From contig MU061578.1 of assembly GCA_013265495.1 (NCBI GenBank), positions 2,303,308 to 2,367,307 on the forward strand: a stretch of DNA of 64,000 nt, read 5' to 3'. Made by a program: the position numbers and the translations under genes. Source of the DNA: Vicugna vicugna. Its lineage: Eukaryota. Below the pieces are notes generated by a model. It was not told where the DNA came from. It saw nothing but the letters and a program-made list of their open reading frames with translations, and searched no databases. Positions 25,477-38,490 of this stretch are shown here, in pieces. Positions within the stretch are counted from its first letter, which is position 1. Each line of letters starts with the position of its first letter.

Positions 25477-28400
25477 ATTTTTATAGTCACTAACATGTGT
25501 TGAATATTACATGTAACTTTAATAATAGTCACTAACCTGTATTGAATGTTACATGTGTGACCAACACTGTTCTAGGAACTTTTGTGCACGATCTCATTCT
25601 GTCATCAGTGAGATAGGTACAACCCAGTGTGCTGGGGTTATTTTTATCTGCATTTTATCCATCAAGAAACTGAATCTCAGAGAGGTTGAGAGGTTTCCTC
25701 AAGGTCAAACAACTAGAAATAGGGAGATTTGGAATTCAAACTCAAGCTGCCTAGTCACAGAACCTCCATAACTCTTAACAACTCCCTAAATTATATGTAC
25801 AATTTATATAATGCATGGTGACAGGCACACAATAATGGTTTAATAAATGTAATTTTAATAAATAAGAGATACACAGACGGATAGTGGACGATGGATGTGT
25901 GGATGGGTAGAAAGATGAGTGGGTGAGCAGAAAGTTGTGATGTCTTTAGCCTTTAAGTGCTCCCCATCATGACCAGCTTTGTAGACAAGGATTCTCCCAT
26001 GGGGCCTTCATGCACAGATGATGATGGTCCCAGAAACAGGGGTCAGTCTCCCAAAACTGCATCCAGCAGGAGCTCTGTTACCTCCTTCTTTACTTCCAAG
26101 TAATGTCCGCAACTTCCAAGAGCTGCTAGAGGAGACGTGGAGGGGGCAGAGCATCACCACGCACACCATCCCCCAGGAGAGAGGACGTCAGGAACAGATG
26201 CCACTAATCACCCACCTCTCCCTAACAGAGGGGCCACAGCACAGTCTTGGAAATCCATAGGCTGGGCCCTGCAGCCACACGGGCTATGAGATGACACCCG
26301 GGCGCCATCCAAGAAGGCTCAGTGTTGAGGTTCGATTGCCATGTTTAAACATAAACAGCTCTCTTTTCCCGTGCCTTGTTTTCTGTGTTTCCATTATCTG
26401 GCAAAGTTGAGTCCAATTGAGACAGAGGCAGCTGTGTTTGGGGAACGATTGTCTTCTTCCTATTGGGCACGTGAGCTGAGTTCTCTATTGTCCACATCTG
26501 TGGCCGCCTGGCTGAAAACCCAAAGAGATGCTTATCTCTTTTCCAGCACAAACATGTTTAGTCCAAAGCCCAGAAATAATTCGGTAGTAAAAGGCCTCTT
26601 GCAAACAGGAGAACCTCCTGGGCTGCTCATCCCTCTACCTCCTTCCTTAGGACCCAAAGGCATGACGTTTTCAAATACCTACCTTGTTCCACAGCCCGGC
26701 CCATGTGTCTTTGAATATGCATAACAGGTTTCCACTGTAAGGATAGAGATGTGGCTGACCCAAAATTAGATTCATACAAGTTTCCAGACAGGAGTTAAAT
26801 CCAAACATTTCTCCAAGGTTGATGTGTTTGCCACTATATGATGTTCCGTACATCTAGGAGCTGCTTCTAACTCTGACAGAACTTGAGCACTGCCAGAAAG
26901 CCCCCTCTACCTTTGCTCTCTAAATCCCTTTGTCAAAACATTTTGACGTGTGTTGGAAAAGCCCAAAGAAGAACCAGAATCAGCAGAAGAGAGGTGGGTT
27001 ACAGAGTCAAACAAACCTGGCTCCAGATCTCTATCAACTTGTTCCTGGCTATGATACCACATATCACTAAACTCCTGTTCTCCCACTTGAAAACTAAACG
27101 TGAGTATTATCCATTCTAGAGAAAAGTGGAGGTTAAGTGAGAGAAAAAGTGATATTCATCCTTCAAGTCTTAGTGTATCAGGTACTCAGAAACACCTTCC
27201 CTGGCCCCTAGATCAAGTAAAATCCAGTTGCTTTTAAGATTTTTCGCAATACCCTGTGTTTCTCATATAACACTTACTATACTTGTAATTCCTTCTTAAC
27301 TACATGCCCCCCTCTCCTAGACATGAGAGCCTTGATAATGGGATACAGCTACCTTGTCTTCCTCTGTATAACCACCTCCTGGGACAGCACTAGACACATA
27401 ATGAACTAAAGCACCTAGCACAGTCCCTGGCACATAGTAGGTTTTCAAAAACTATGAGGGTTTTTTTTTTTCCCTCTTCCTCTAGATGTGTTGAGACCCG
27501 TGAGGTTTCCTCATCCCCCTTCCCTTAAATGTATGTAGAAGAATGAGTAGGTGGAGACAGATGGTTGGCAGGTGGGCACAGCAGGTAGCTAGAGAGGGAG
27601 TGAGGACATGCAAGTAAAAGATGGGAGGAAACTGCAGCTGTGATCTTCCACCCAAAGGTAGACATGTTCACCAAGTCTGAACAGCAGCGTCATAGACCCC
27701 TTCCATTTGATGGTACAACTGGTTCTGGCCTTGGTAATGGTGACGCCAATATTTGGATGTCAAGCGGAGGACTCCTTGGGGCTGGAACATGGACATTCAC
27801 AGTATATTGACATTTTCCAGGAGTCAGGGGGAGGAGGGGACATGCAAGGGAGCAGTTCTGGAGAGAGTCTTCAGGACAGTTTTACCTAGGGATATGGCAG
27901 CCTCATGTACATTCCCTTACTGATTCTTGACCTTGATATCGACCCTGTTGCCCTTGCTGCCTGGCTTCTGAGTGCCAGGCACATGCTTCCTCCTGACCCT
28001 GTAATGTGAGCTGTTTTTTGTTGACTGGCTCCGTCCTTGCCCCTTCTCTGTGACTCCTACTTGAATAATGAGCTCTAAATATATTTTCTTGTTCTAAACC
28101 ATTTTTCTTTTCTAATGCTAAATTATAAGGCTTGTGTGTGTCAGCAGGAAAACGTGCCCTGCTTTTCCAAAGGATGCAGAGATGCTGCTAGACGTTCTTC
28201 CAAACCGCTGGGAAGGGGCGGGGACGTTTCCACCAACGTACCAGCCCTGGAGTGGAGGCTTGTCCACGGCCAGCACGTCGCCCAGCAATTACTGGCCCAA
28301 CCCCAAGCTCCCCCAATTATTTCCAAAAAAGTTTTGGATAAGGAAGGACCTGCTATTAATTATTAAAAACAAAAGCCCAGAGACACATACATACGGTGAA

Positions 28401-30239
28401 AGACCTGTCATTATGCCTTCTTTATTTCAAACATCTGGCCAGAACCATCAGATACCACTGAATTTAGCCAGGCTTCTTGTAAGTCACACAAATTACAGGC
28501 AAACCAACAACAGCCAGAGCTTTCCCCTCTTGACATCATTATCTCCAGCTAATGGAGGTGGTGATTATGGGGAAAAAAATTCAGAGATGGATGACTGACC
28601 CTTCCACTGCTGTGCTCTTTCCTGGGACACGATGACTTACTCTTTGAGCCCTGTTTGAGTGTGTTGTTTTGGGTTTTTTTTTAAATCAGGCCTTTAAAAT
28701 CTTTAATATCAAGAAACATTAGTCTTGTAGGGAATACAGTACACTTACCGTTTCCTATAATTTGGGAACTTATTCGGGTCTAGAGAGGAGTGCATGTCCT
28801 TTAAGAAAGAAATGCATTCAAAACCAGACTCAAGAGGTTCAGCATAATAGATACAGATAACAGCATGTGCAAAGGTCCTGTGGCATGTCTAGAAATGGTA
28901 GGAAGCAGCAGAGTGAAGTGCAGACAGCACCAGGTGTGCAATCAGGAGCCGTCTTGGCACTTAGCACCTGAATAACTGGGCAAGTTTCTTGATCTCTGAA
29001 ACTGAGTTTCCTCATCAGGTGGGCTGGGATCTGCCCAAATAACTAAAGCTCATACAAGGTGATACAAGGAATTAGGTCCTGACAATAGAATCCTGACAAC
29101 CTCGGATCCATTCCCTGCCCCTAGATTGATAAGAACACTCCAAAACAATTTTTTTTAAAAATCATAAACTTCTAACATGAAACCTGAGACAATTCAGAGA
29201 AGTAGCCACCTTTTATTTCAGTTCTCAAAAATGCAAATCTCTCTATCCATTTAACTGGGTTATCCAAAGAACACAGCATAGGTTTTTATTATTCATCACT
29301 TTGAGAGAAAACTGATTATATGTGTGAATTTACCTGGAAGAAGGCTCTGGCTCTGATTTAAACTGGAATATTCTCCCAGGCTGGTGGGTGGTATCATTTA
29401 CTCCCTGCACCCACACACACACTCCAACTTAGGTGGATATATGTGTGGGGGGGGATTAAGTAGTAATTTTAAATTATAAAAAGACAAGGAGTCTTATATT
29501 TGCTGGATGGTCTCCTCTCTCTGGGCAGCTCTGAATTAGCAAAAGCATTGAGTCCTAAAAATAACAGGGTGAAAGAGGCACCCCTTTCACAAAGGTTTGC
29601 ATTAGCACTTTGATCACTTGCCCATCAAACTTTGCATTTCTGTATGGGAAACGAAGAACAGCTTGTCTCCACAGTCTATTATAATTACCACTAAATACTC
29701 CAGAAACTTGGCAGTTTTGAATTTCATAACACCCATGACTGACATTCCTAATTAATACTATTGTTTTTCTCCTCTGGCTGAATTTCCTGAATGCCAACAT
29801 GCATCGCATACACTAAAAACAGACATTAAAGAAAATAACATCAGTGTTAATCTCCAGCACAAATATATCAAATGCCTCAGTGAAGTGTATAGAAAAGAGC
29901 TGGATTCCTATAAATAATGGAGCATCCCTGCCTGATCATCTTTATCCTCCTACGCTAATAAGATGGTAATCTTTCTCCTCCTGTGTCCTTGCTCTTAGAT
30001 TTCAGAACAGCTTTTGGTGAAGTGTACTCCCAGCTCTTTTCTTCTCTTGCTTTGCTTTTAAGTTGCAGATTGAAACTTTCAAAGAAAACCTTCTAGCTTA
30101 AGTTAGAAATAGCATCCGCTGGGCACCCTATAAATAGGGAACCCACAGAAGAGAGCAAGATGGTCTAATTTGTGCTTTCTAATGGATGTTTCTCTGGTTT
30201 GCATGGAGCTAAGAGAACCCAGCCTTTGCTAATGTACTC

Positions 30240-30500
30240 ATTTACTATGTTGGATGGTTTAGAGCGGGGATTTCGGCATCAGAGAGTTCTGTGTTTTGAA
30301 TCATGCCTCTGCCACTCAGCATCTGGGCCATTTCTTTAAGATCTCTGAGCCTCAGTTTTCTCATCTCTAAAGTGGAGATTATGACAGTACTTATCTCAGA
30401 GAGCTGTTGTGAGAATCCGATGAGAAAGCAAATAATATCTTTTGCAGAGACTCTGACACATAATGAGTACTAATTAAACTTATTAGATTTACCATTAATA
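30240..30500 (+). mobile_element. MIR SINE
   Basis: 'tctctgagcctcagttttctcatctctaaagtggagattatgacagtacttatctcagagagctgttgtgagaat'. Confidence 0.85.
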
Positions 30501-30944
30501 CACGTCTGAGTGTGGTGATATGTCTAAGAAAACTACCAGGCACCTAATAAGAACTCAATAAACTCATATGGTTGAACTGATATGAAAGACATCTCTGCAA
30601 AGTGCCCAGGACTTTAGTTGTTTTTGAATATAGAAGAAAGGAATGTGTCTAAGTCTGGGACCCACATTGTAAAGAGTGACAGTTGCCTCTTCTGCAGATG
30701 GCCAGAACCTCAGACAGTATGAAAAAGCAGAAACTTTCAAATGAAAATTAAGCCTTGTAGCTTTAAAGATATATACATGCTTCCATATCTTCCATATCTC
30801 ACCCCATAATACCTAGTTCTATTGGTGTTGGTTTTGCTCTTGATGTGTTCCTTGTGGACATGGGCTGTAGAATGATTTTGCCCACGCTGTATTTCTATCT
30901 TGCTTCCTCTAGTTTTTCTTTCTAATTCAAGATGGATGAATATT

Positions 30945-31435
30945 TATTTTCTTATTGTGGCATAATACTTACAAAATTTACCATTAATAACATTTAGTAC
31001 TCTCACAATATTGTATATGAAACTCCACACCCATTAAGCAGTCACTCTCCATTCCCTCCTCCTCCAGCCCCTTGTAACCACGTATCTGTTTTGTGTCTAT
31101 GAACTTGCCTATTCTAGATATTTAATATACATAGACTCACATAATATTTGACATTTTGTGCCTGGCTTATTTCATTCAAACATAATGTTTCCAAGGTTCA
31201 TCTACCTTGTATTAGGTATCAGTACTTCATTCTTTTTTATGACTGAATAATATTCCATTGTATGGCTATACCATATTTATTTATCCATTCATCCATTGAT
31301 GGGCATTTGAGTTATTTCCACCTTTTGGCTATTGTGAGTAGTGGTGCTATGAATGTTTGTGTACAATTCTTTATGTGGGCCTGTGAACTCAGAAATGGAA
31401 CTGCTGGGTCATGTGGTAATTCTGCTTAACTTTCA
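30945..31435 (-). mobile_element. L1MB-like 3' fragment
   Basis: 'cccattaagcagtcactctccattccctcctcctccagcccc...ccattcatccattgatgggcatttgagttatttccaccttttggctattgtga'. Confidence 0.85.
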
Positions 31436-31439
31436 GTTT

Positions 31440-31870
31440 TGATACCCTAAGTTTCTATTCAAGAGCACCCCTCCCTCCCTGTGATTTGACCTCAGGCCAT
31501 CAGCTTACTTTCACCTTCTTTGACAGGACTGGTTTAGGAATGGGTGCCCAACCCAGGATATAACCCAAGGAACAGAAGCCCTGGGACTTTGGCAGAACCT
31601 CAGCTTCCACTTGGGTAAAGGTGGTAAAACAAGTTTGGAGCTACTGGAAGTCACCATCCCACCGAGAGGAGAGAACCCCTCTGAGAAGAAGCCAAAATAG
31701 GAAAAAGGGGTAGAGTGAAACAGATTCCTCAAGGCACCATTAGAGGATCCAGATTCCATCAGGGCAATAGGAAAGCCCTACCCTCCAGAATGTTCAGTTT
31801 TGTGAGGTAACATTTTGTTTTGTAGAACTTAGTTTTGAGTTGAGACTTTTTTTGTTCCTATTGTCCAACT
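31440..31870 (+). mobile_element. ERVL-type LTR fragment (LTR33-like)
   Basis: 'gactggtttaggaatgggtgcccaacccagg...ggagctactggaagtcaccatcccacc'. Confidence 0.5.
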
Positions 31871-31966
31871 GTTCATGTGGGTGCTAAGATAATACTGGTG
31901 GATTGAGTGGGCAAAAGTTGTTTTCATTTAAATTTTGTAATTCACCATAAATACTACATACAGTGC

Positions 31967-32484
31967 TGTGAGGGCTAATTTTATGTGTCAACTTTACAGG
32001 GTCATGGAGTGCCCAAATATTTGGTTAAACACTATTCTATGTGTCTATGTGGGTGTTTCTGGTGAGATTAATATTTGAGTCAGTGGGCTGAGTAAAGCAT
32101 ATCACCCTCCCCAGTGTGAGTGGGCCTGACCCGATTCTTTGAACACTTAATAGAACAAAAAGGCCAAGTGAGGGAGAATCTGCAGTCCCTTCACTTGACT
32201 GTCTTCCAGCAGGGAATGTGGTCTTCTTCTGCCTTCAGACACAGACTCAGACTGAACTTAAATCATTAGTATCCTGGTTCTCAGGCATTCAGACGTGGCC
32301 TGAAATTCCACCATTGGCTCTTCTGGGTCTCCAGCTTGATATCTGCAAATCTTGGGACTTCTCAGCCTCCATAATTGCACAAGCCAACTCACTGTAATAA
32401 ATGTGTGTGTGTGTGTGTGTGTGTATTTATAAACTATATAATCTAGCCTTTTGGCTCTGTTTCTCTGGGGAATCCTGACTAACA
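31967..32484 (+). mobile_element. MLT2 (ERVL) solo LTR
   Basis: Starts 'tgtgagggctaattttatgtgtcaact', ends 'ctctgtttctctggggaatcctgactaaca'; internal (TG)n; possible degenerate target duplication agtgc/agtgt. Confidence 0.9.
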
Positions 32485-33529
32485 GTGTCTACTTACAATT
32501 ATGCTTCTCCTAACCCAAAACATGGACAACTAGCCCCAGAGCAACTGGATGAGATAAATAAGCCAGGGAGAATCCAACACATCAGAGGAATTAAACATGT
32601 GCTCCATCTGCTACCAGTCTGGCAGCTTCAGACCAGATACACACATTTCAAAGATAATGGTGGATGACCTCATGGGTTAAAAGAGGCATATAAAACAGAA
32701 GTTCAAGGGAGGAGAGGCGGAGCCTGCTGTCAAAAGCTTTGTCACACACAAAGGAAGAACAGTGACATCTTTATGGCAGTGGAAAGGGGAGGGAGAGACT
32801 GCTGGTTCGGTTAAATGAAAGTTATGCACACCCACCTACCTGTCACTTTTCCAAAGCCTCCGGAGGCTACAGTTTAATCTGAAGAGGAAAACAACCCAGC
32901 TAAGATCCAGCCTGTTTATGCTCCCAGATAAGGGATTGCAGGGACGCCTGGGAGTGTACAGCTGTGTCACTGGTCACTCCACAAGAACGTTCCAGCAGCC
33001 CCGGTATTTACTAGAGCCACCGTCAGTGCTTTATGCCACCAATCAAGCCTTGTGTTCAAAGTGCCGTTTTTCCTCACAGATCTCTAAAGTGCTGCGTTAA
33101 GCTTCAGAGACAGATAGGATTTTTGCTTCAAGGTTTATTCAGCTCAGCCAAAGACCTCAGAGGTGACCTTAATTTTATATTTTTTGAGTCCTTTTCAAAA
33201 ATCTTCTTTTTTTAAGTGTGCTGGTTGGTGATGTGGTTGCTAGAATGCTTTTTCTTCCTGTGGACAAAGTGCTGCATTTCTAGAAATGCCTCAGTAACTG
33301 GCCAACCAACGCAACCACTGCCATCCCCTGAAAGCAGTCCAGGGGCAAGTCCCTCCATCTTTGCAGAAATGTCCTTGCCACGGGCAGTTTTTCTGCATCA
33401 GTAAGCTCATTGTGAAGTCTCACTGTCAGACCCATCCCCTTGACCAACCTGGGGAGGTGATGAAGGGGTTATTTCTTTTTTCTTCTTGTTGCTTTGGAAT
33501 TTCTGCTTTGGTGCTAGAGCTAAGTAAGA

Positions 33530-34270
33530 AGAAAAACTAGCCTTAATAGAGATTCCTCACAGAAACAATAGCTAGAAAGGATAAATTAAAAGAAAGCCCT
33601 AGATGAAGAAGGAAAATAAGAAAAGGTATAGAATATTTGATCAACCCAAATAATACAAACAGGATACAATGCTCTTCAAGTGTATTTTCTTTAATTGACG
33701 ATGTACCAGACTGAAAAAAAAAAAAACTCAAGCTTTTGTTTAAGTTGATAGTTAATAAACCACATTCGCTCCATCAACCCTATAAAATTAGAAATATATA
33801 ACCCCAAATTGGACCCCAAGCCATCTCTCTCTCTCTCTCTCTCTCCCTCTCTCTCTCTCTCTGTCCCTCTCTCTCTCTCTCTGTCTATATATATATATAT
33901 ATAGACATATATATATATGTATATATACCCTTGGTAATTTCAAATCATACTTTTTAAAGAGAAAAATCAACATGGAAATTACAAACCATGTAGAAATGAA
34001 TGACAAGGTTTTGCAGAGCAAAGGTGATAAGACATAGCCAAAGTAATTTAAGAATAAGAAAGTAACGAAACTAGGTTTTCAACTCAAAAAATCTAGCAAG
34101 AGATGAAGAGGGGATAAAATAAACCCAAAGGAAATAATTACTAAAGTTAAAAGTAATTATTAATGAGTCAAAAAACAAAACAAGCAACAACTACCACAAA
34201 AGCAGTGGGGTATATCAATAAAGCCAAATGCTTTTACTTTGTAAATATTTGTAGAATAGGTAATAATTTT
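33530..34270 (+). mobile_element. Degraded L1 fragment containing a compound microsatellite
   Basis: A-rich, with 'caactcaaaaaatctagc...aataaacccaaagg...atcaataaagccaaatgc'. Confidence 0.55.
33823..33927. repeat. Compound (CT)n(TA)n microsatellite
   Basis: Directly visible. Confidence 0.95.
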
Positions 34271-35696
34271 TACCTATTTTACCTATTTTTACACAGGCAT
34301 CTTTATTGACCTCAATTTAACTTCAGGGTGGACCCTGAACAGCCCTTTAAAGTACAAGCCAAACCCCGAGAGCTACACATCTGTAAGCTTTTCCCCATTT
34401 CGTCCATGTGTTTGATGAAGAGATGGAATGAAACACTTAGGGCCACAAGCTCAAAGATGTTTAATCCATGCAAACTGAGTCACGGTAAAATCAAGACCGG
34501 TCCTCCTGGGACTCAGAGAAATCATGGCAGAGCTCACAAACATCACATCCCTAACAGCCTGACGTTTTCAAATCACAATTCTTCTTTGATCCCTTAAACA
34601 GGAGAAACAGAGATCTATGCTCTATCTAGAAAAAGTTAAAAGAGGATGGGGAGACATGGGTTTATAACTCATCCTTCGGTTTTCCAGCTTCTTCATCCAT
34701 CTAAAGTAGACACCCCTACCCTACCCTCAGGCCACTCCCTGTCACATCACCCACCTCCTTCTTTTGTGGAGTTCATCAGTCTATAATTATCTTGTTTACT
34801 TGTGTCTGTCCTTCCTGGAATGCAAGCTCCAAGGGGATGGATCTAGTCTGCCTTGTTTGCTACTCTCCCCCAGACTCTCTATAATACCTGAGAGATCCAT
34901 GGAATAATATTAATTAAATGGGGTCATGCACCTTGTCATGGGAATAATATGCAATATGACTGAAGACTCCCTTCACTCTGTGGGTTGTGCCAACGCATCA
35001 CAAGGCCTTTGTTTTGTTTCACGGGCACCTACGTGGAAGAAATGAGACATGGAAGTAGGATAATAAGTCTCCATCAGGCATTTATTTTACACATTGAGAA
35101 CTTAATCAGACACCCTACACCCTGATGGAACCCCCCTTCCCTTCCCATCCAACTGTCGACCCCCTCTAAATGGCCTTTGTACCCACATTGGATTTGCCCA
35201 GCCAGGGCTTGGGAAGGTTCCAATCAGTTGGCCCGGCCCCACAAGCCTCGCTTGGGTGCACACTTTTCTCTGCCATTAGACACATGAAGAAGCTGACATG
35301 TCTGGAATATTTCTCTTGTAAAGTCTGACAGGCTTGAGTGGGTGGTGGTTTTGACAGCTGGGGCCTGATTATCCCATTCACCCTCTGACATTTCCTCGGC
35401 TCTGCTTCTCTCCCGACAAACTCACGGCAACAGCCGCTTTCAGCGGATGCCTCTGAGAGGCTGGGACCCGCTGACACCCACCCCCACTCCTGTGGACTAC
35501 GAGGGCACGATGTGGCCCCATCTTGCCTCTGCAGGCATGTGGATGCAGCCCAGCCCAGGACCCCACGTAAAGGCCCAAGGGGCTGAAGCAGAACCTCTCC
35601 TTCTACACAGCCAGAGTTTTCCAGGATCCGCTCTTAAGATGAGTGGCACTTGGCAAATGCAGGAAAACAGCTAGAGAAAGTCTAGCCATGTGTCCA

Positions 35697-36260
35697 TGCA
35701 TTCATTCATTTATCCACGAAATATTAACAAAGTGCCAATGACATGCTAAACACTGAACCAGGTGCTAGGCCCACCACATTGACCAAAAGCTCCCTCCCAC
35801 TCAGGCCTTCGTTGGTAGGGGAGACAGCAAACACACAATCCTATGTATTTGTCAATTGTCACCATTGCTAGAAGGAAGAGTATGGCGTGCAAGATAAGAA
35901 AGTATGCTTTTTTTTCAAGCAGGGAAGAGCTCAGAGACAGCCTGTCTGATGGGATGGCTTTAAAGTTGAGCCTGAAGAAGGAGCTGGATGCCTGGAAAGC
36001 AGGGGGCAAGGTATTTAAGGCAGAGGGGACAGCTTTTAGGTGCACAGGTTCTGAGATAGAAAACAGCTTGTTTCAGGAGCTAAAAGAATCCCAGTGCAGC
36101 TGGAGCAGAGTGAACAGGGAGAGAGCAGCCCAGGGTGACGAGAAGGGTGGGCAAGGAGCACAGTGTGCAGGGCCTTGTACATCAGGAAAGGACTGTGGGT
36201 ATTTTACTCTGAAGACAGTGAGAGGCCAAAGGAGGATTTTAAACTGGGAGCAGCACTATC
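35697..36260 (-). mobile_element. L2 fragment
   Basis: 'cattcattcatttatcc...ggcagaggggacagc...cagtgcagctggagcagagtga...ggaggattttaaactggg'. Confidence 0.85.
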
Positions 36261-37324
36261 CTTCTACAGGTTCCAGGAATTAGGGAAAAAGAAAAAAAGG
36301 AACGTGGACCACGAGCACCCAGTAGCAGCACTTCCCAGGAATGGAATCCTCATTTTCTGACATGTAAAGCACATTTTCTGGGACAAAGTCATAGATTCTC
36401 CGCCTTGACTACAAGAATCCCTACAGGAGTTTGTCAACATCAGGACCACTGGGTCCGGTAGCAGACTGTCTGGAAGGCACAGGAATCTGTTCTTGACAAG
36501 ATCATGACTGATTCTGGTTCTCTTTGGTTTGAGAACCCGTGAGCCAAGAGATGCAGTTCCTTCAAGGTGTTACAAATGAAAAGTCAGCCACTCAAAGAAA
36601 TGAAGAGCCAAGCAGGCAGGCAGACAGGGCAGCCACAGTGAAAAGGTGAACGCAGGAAGGGCAGGACCCACAGGAGAGAACAGTGCACCAAAGACACCCA
36701 TCTCCTGAGTGTGAGGGGTCCCAGGGAGCAGCCCTGATGCCCACATGCCAAGGAATTTCACAGCATCTGGAGCGTCTGGAGCTCTGACTGGTCCCCAGAG
36801 AGAAGGCTACTGCCCCACTAAGGAACAGCTGCTTCACCTGGAACAAAAGATAGAAGAACCCAAATTTCCATTATCAACTTGAAGACCTCTAAGATCCAGA
36901 GCTGCCTCTTGGTCGTCTGTGGTGTGGGAAGCACGAGTGGCTAGGATAAGGGCAGACCAGTGGTTACCCAGAATATGACATGGCCCCGCCAGCTTTCCAG
37001 CCGCTTTCACACTGGCTGGCGGCACAGCGTTCCACACGCCTGCATCCCCCACGGTCCCTAGCAGACTACCTTGCACTGAACAGGAGCTTTGCAATTGCTG
37101 ACTACAGTCAACACATATACTAGCTTTAGAGGAGGCTAACCTCAAAAATTAGATCGCATCTCCTGAGGTCTCAGCTGATGGCTACCTTGACTAAATCCAT
37201 TTTAGTCTACTATGGATGGGGATTTCTCAGCCTCAGCACTTTTGGTATTTGGGGTTGCATAGTTCTCTGCTGGGAGTACAACAGGGGTGGGGGTGCAAAA
37301 TCACTCCCCACTGAAAACCACTGC

Positions 37325-37600
37325 GATAGATAATCATAACATTTATCCAGCATTTATTATATGCCAGGCACTGTCTTTGATACATGACACACACTTTTGT
37401 TTGTTTGTTTCTTAAATTCGTTATCAAAGTGTAGTTGATTTGCAATGTTAAGATACACTTTTTATTTAATCCCTGCAACACAATGGTGAGACAGGTACTA
37501 CTAGGCTCATTTTACAGGTGAGAAAACTGAGGCTCGGGAGTGGTGGAGCAGCACGCTGAACCTAACTATGCAGCTCCAACCAGAACTAGCTCTCCCCTGC
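37325..37600 (-). mobile_element. MIR SINE with a short L1 3'-end insertion at about 37395-37450
   Basis: MIR core 'cattttacaggtgagaaaactgaggctc'; the insert reads on the minus strand 'taacattgcaaatcaactacactttgataa...aaacaaacaaacaaaa' and is flanked by repeated 'acactttt'. Confidence 0.8.
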
Positions 37601-37747
37601 ACTCTACCACACCACTTCCTGTGTCACCAGTGACTCGTGAATTGCAAAGATTCAGAAGAGTTCCATGTAATTCTCTCCTTTTCCTGTGTTAAAATGTCCA
37701 TTAACAAAGTTTAAAGAAAATAAAATTTGTAGAGGATTACTCCAGGT

Positions 37748-38050
37748 CATTGGTTCTCAATGGGTGGTCAGGCCAAGACTCTTGTTGGGGGTCTTCCAGG
37801 TCAAAACCCTTTCATAATAAGACGATGTTACCTGCCTTCAGTGGAGTTTTCCAGAGATTACAGGGTGTGTGATGATACCACCGCTAGAACAAATAATGGA
37901 ATTTGTGGTCATGTACTCCTGCGTTTTAAGAGTTCTCAGTTTCAATTTCTAACACAGTAAATATCGACAGACAGCACCCACCTAAACAAAAAGCCCTTCA
38001 GCATTTTTAAGAGTGCAAAGGGATTCTGGTACCAAAAAGATTGGGAACTT
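37748..38050. mobile_element. hAT-Charlie-type non-autonomous DNA transposon
   Basis: Termini 'cattggttctcaa' and 'ttgggaact'; internal 'taaatatcgacagacagcacccacctaaacaaaag'. Confidence 0.65.
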
Positions 38051-38159
38051 TTGCCCTAGATTTAAAGAAACTCAAAGGTATAGTGGTTACAAGGAATGTG
38101 TAAACCTTCCCGGAACTCTGGTTTTTAAAAGAGGAGTTAAATGAATACTTAAGGGAGCA

Positions 38160-38490
38160 ACTAGGAAGATCTGAATAGTTACTGTATTTTAGATATCATG
38201 AGGGAACTATTGTCAATTTTTTCTCGAGTGTGTGAAAATCGTGGTTATGAAGGACAATGTTCTTATTCTTCGGAGGTGCAGGCTGAGGGTTTTAAGGCTG
38301 ATACCGACAGCCTGCAGTGGCATACACACACATTGACACAAACATGCACACACACACACACACACGTTAATACACACATCTGTAGACAAAGCAAAAGTGG
38401 AAGAATGTTCACTGGATTTGGGTGGTAGGGTAGAAGATACATTATATGATTCATTCATTGTATTATTTTTTGCAGTTCTATGTATGTTTA
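38160..38490 (+). mobile_element. Old L1 3' UTR fragment with a CA tract
   Basis: 'tgtattttagatatcatgagggaactattgtcaatttt...aagcaaaagtggaagaatgttcactgg'. Confidence 0.6.

Noticed and set aside
18448..29627. Shared 13-mer 'cacttgcccatca' (18448-18460 and 29615-29627) in two islands
   Set aside because: Dozens of chance 13-mer pairs are expected in 64 kb.
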